Source of the DNA: Raillietiella orientalis
Taxonomy: Eukaryota
Length of the DNA: 64,000 bases
Assembly (NCBI GenBank): GCA_036172245.1
Contig: JAYWIR010000074.1
Coordinates: 186,001-250,000 of the forward strand
Direction of reading: 5' to 3'
Position 1 is the stretch's first letter, and the number at the start of each line of letters is the position of its first letter. The notes beneath the pieces are model-generated. The model was given only the letters and a program-made list of their open reading frames with translations. It was not told where the DNA came from and made no database searches. Shown in pieces: positions 61,319 to 64,000 of the stretch. A program made the translations under genes and the position numbers.

Positions 61319-63773
61319 CTTCCCCGCGTCCTCTTCGTCAACAACGATGAGTTAGAGTTCCGTAGTTGCTGCACCATCCCGGCTGCAGTAGCGCAGCAGA
61401 CTGCCTTCAAGGACAGCGGCTACAAACCGCCGCTGATCTACAAGGTAGGCAGTGTGTTCGATGAGAAAATTGCACGCTCCTTTGAAATGGAACTGCAAAG
61501 ACTGTATGTGAGGGAGGAAGACCTCGAGGGCTTCTCCGTCCTTAGTATGGGGCAGCGAGTTGAGCTGACTTGCAGAGAGGCAAGTCTAGCGCAGCGCCTG
61601 CTAAACACCCCCATTACGGTGGACGGCCGCAGGGTCTTCCCTGTGACGGAGGACCGCTGCGTCGTGGTCCACCTCACGGGCGTATCACTCCGAATGGTCA
61701 ACACCAGCGTCCATGAGGAGTTGTCAAAACACAGTAGAGTGCAAACTTTGGGCCAAACTCAATGTCTCCCGTACGTACGGAAGACTATTCAGTGGGATGG
61801 CCGCTGCCCGCGTCACACTACCTGAAAATGGTGGGTTTCCCCACAAACTAAATATCGGCGAAGAAAAAGACGATGTTTGGTACGTGGGAAAGCCCAAATA
61901 TTGTAGCCATTGCCATGCTACAGGCACTTAAAAAAACGGTGCCCTAACATCCAATGCTACTTATGTGGAAACAAGGGCCACATCCGCAAGGTGTGCCCAA
62001 GAGGAGAAATCCCGGTTTCTCCCGCTGCGAAAAAGGCAAAGGGGAAACAAGCGGGAGAGACGGATACCATTAAACAGGCCGTAAGGAGCCAGATGCCAGT
62101 CCCTAAGCCATCCCAGCCAACGTCATTTAAAAGCACTCCCGACGACGCTGACGACAGCAAAGTCTGGCAGACGGTACAGCCCAGAAGAAAGCCCAGGAGT
62201 CCCGAACGAAGCGCGGAAAAAACAAAAACGCAGCGCGAAAATCCGTGCCGCGAGAAAGTTCGCGATTGGTCGGTAAAATTAGAGCGTGCGGAGGCACTCC
62301 ATGCCTCCATCAGGGGAGCAATCTGCCCACTTGCGTCCGCCGAAGCCGCGACGGTCGATGACGAATCTTCTGGGGAAACAGAGGGGGAACCGCGCGCCGC
62401 GCTCGACGCGATCGAAGGGCCGCCTTCCAGCAGGCGGTGGAAGAACTCGAGGCAGAACTGCAAGGCCGTGAGAAGAACTTCCGAAAAGGCTGACGAAGGC
62501 AGGCCGCGAGGAAGGTTCCGGTTGCAGGTGACGCCCAACCGGATGCCAGAATTGCGTCCTCATTAACATAGGCGCCACCAAACAAGACAAGACGCGAGTC
62601 CCAGAATCCCAGAAGGCGGATAGGGATCAAGAAGGAGGAGCATCAACTGGCACCCGAGGGGGAAGCCGGCAACGTAAGAGCCGAGAGTGGGAATCTCATT
62701 TCTCGACACCGTGCAGCTGGCGACCCCTATGAAGGAGGAAGTACAGGTGGGTGAAACTCCCCTTCCTCTGCACGGCCCAGACGAAGACTCGGTTCACATG
62801 GAGAGGGGAGAAGCGGTGCGCGACGCACCCCCTTCCCCTAGCGTCCCGCCCGACAAGGTTGCGGGAGCCCTATTGCCACTTTCCCAGGATTAACACCTGG
62901 ACTCGCCTGTCGCCGTAGGATCCGCATAGCCTGCTGGAACGTCAACGAACTGCGCGGCGACGGCAACAGGCGCGATACGGCCGACACCCTGCGCGACTCC
63001 GACCTGGCGCTTCTGTACGAGATTAACTAGATCACCGCGGAGAACGCCCTGGAGAAGGAGAGGATCGCAGAGGGTCGTCTGTTTTGGCAATGCGGCGCCC
63101 GTAACACCTTTGGCGTCGCCCTTTTTATGAAGCCAGCAGTCCCCGCCTTCGTCAAGGACGTACACTTCGACAAAGACAGCCGGGTTGGCCAGCTCATCCT
63201 TAGGTGGTCCGACTCCATCGACCTTGTCTTGACCAATGTGTACGCTCCGAGCGGCGGATGCGGGTACGGGTAACGTTCCAGGCTCCTCGAAACCCTGAAG
63301 CGCGACTGGCTTGCGGATACATACGTACGCAAAGTGCATCTGATCGGTGGGGATTTCAACATCCGCCTGCTCTCAGGCGTGCGTTGCGGGCTAAAAGACG
63401 CAGTCAACGAGCTGTGCGCTACTATGAGCACGCGCAACTTGTTGAGGGACATACCGGAAATGGTCCAAAGCGTAGACCACGTCTTCCTTGACGCCGACCT
63501 GTGCCCACGGGTCGGCAGACGAGGGAAACTTCTGCCGAGGCTATCGGACCACTTCCGTTTGATAATCGAGAGTATTCCACGCGACAAACGACCACCATCC
63601 AGGACGTGGCGTATGCCAGGGGACTGGGAGCGCATCTCCGGTGCGGTGGAATATCTCCGCCAGTTCCTGAGAGGCGTCATCCTCCGCAACCTCGAAGACT
63701 GGGACCGCATGAAGGTCTCGGTCCGCGATCTGCGAGGAGGTCCCTCTGCACCGCCTGCCCCGTGGATTTGGTG
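61319..63773 (+). mobile_element. Second lineage E copy (E2): 5'-truncated ORF1 + APE
   Basis: Collinear with 27750-29490 + 40766-41492; GGDFN, VDHVF, LSDH. Confidence 0.88.
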
Positions 63774-64000
63774 TTGCCACCCGGGTGCGCCCGGGGCGTT
63801 TATTGAAACTCTACAAAAACGTGGTACGAGGCCCCACTTAAGGCACCACAACACCGTACCTGCCGGGACGCCGAGATGCAGTCCGGCGTGACGCTCCTCG
63901 GCAGTGGAGGGGACTTTGGGAGGAAACAAAAAGAAATAAACTAAATATAAACAAAAGAAGTTTGGAGGGAGGAGTAGGGATCACTGTCCACTAGGATGAG
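63774..64000 (-). mobile_element. 3' end of another lineage F element, running out of the window
   Basis: Minus strand AATAAACGCCCCGGGCGCACCCGGGTGGCAA; 3'UTR similar to 57811-58030. Confidence 0.85.

Overview
This 64-kb window is eukaryotic DNA made almost entirely of nested non-LTR retrotransposons of the L1/Tx1 type. ORF1 carries CCHC zinc knuckles; ORF2 is APE endonuclease + YADD reverse transcriptase + C-terminal Cys/His finger. I see no host gene, RNA gene, CRISPR array or LTR element. About eight lineages can be told apart (A-H, my own labels); most copies are decayed and one (B1, 49593-55499) is nearly intact. The main observation is that the nesting is not random: each lineage repeatedly inserts at one fixed position inside the coding sequence of OTHER lineages. 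B inserts sense into the APE GDFN codons, A antisense at the APE 'QEI' codons, F antisense at the 'PRGFG' linker, C antisense at ORF1 'SPTRQ', and D antisense at RT 'HKAFD'. Target-site duplications of about 8-16 bp and head-to-tail tandems at the same site support this. Removing the inserts rebuilds one E element spread over 27661-61318 that holds three tiers of nesting. Shared cis-features are a 5' GACGTGYTTT motif, an AATAAA + GC hairpin 3' end with only 2-5 A's, a TTCCCAG-NNN-stop ORF1/ORF2 junction, and an endonuclease that appears to lack the usual specificity beta-hairpin. All alignments were done by eye. Boundaries without a TSD are approximate, and novelty cannot be confirmed without database searches.
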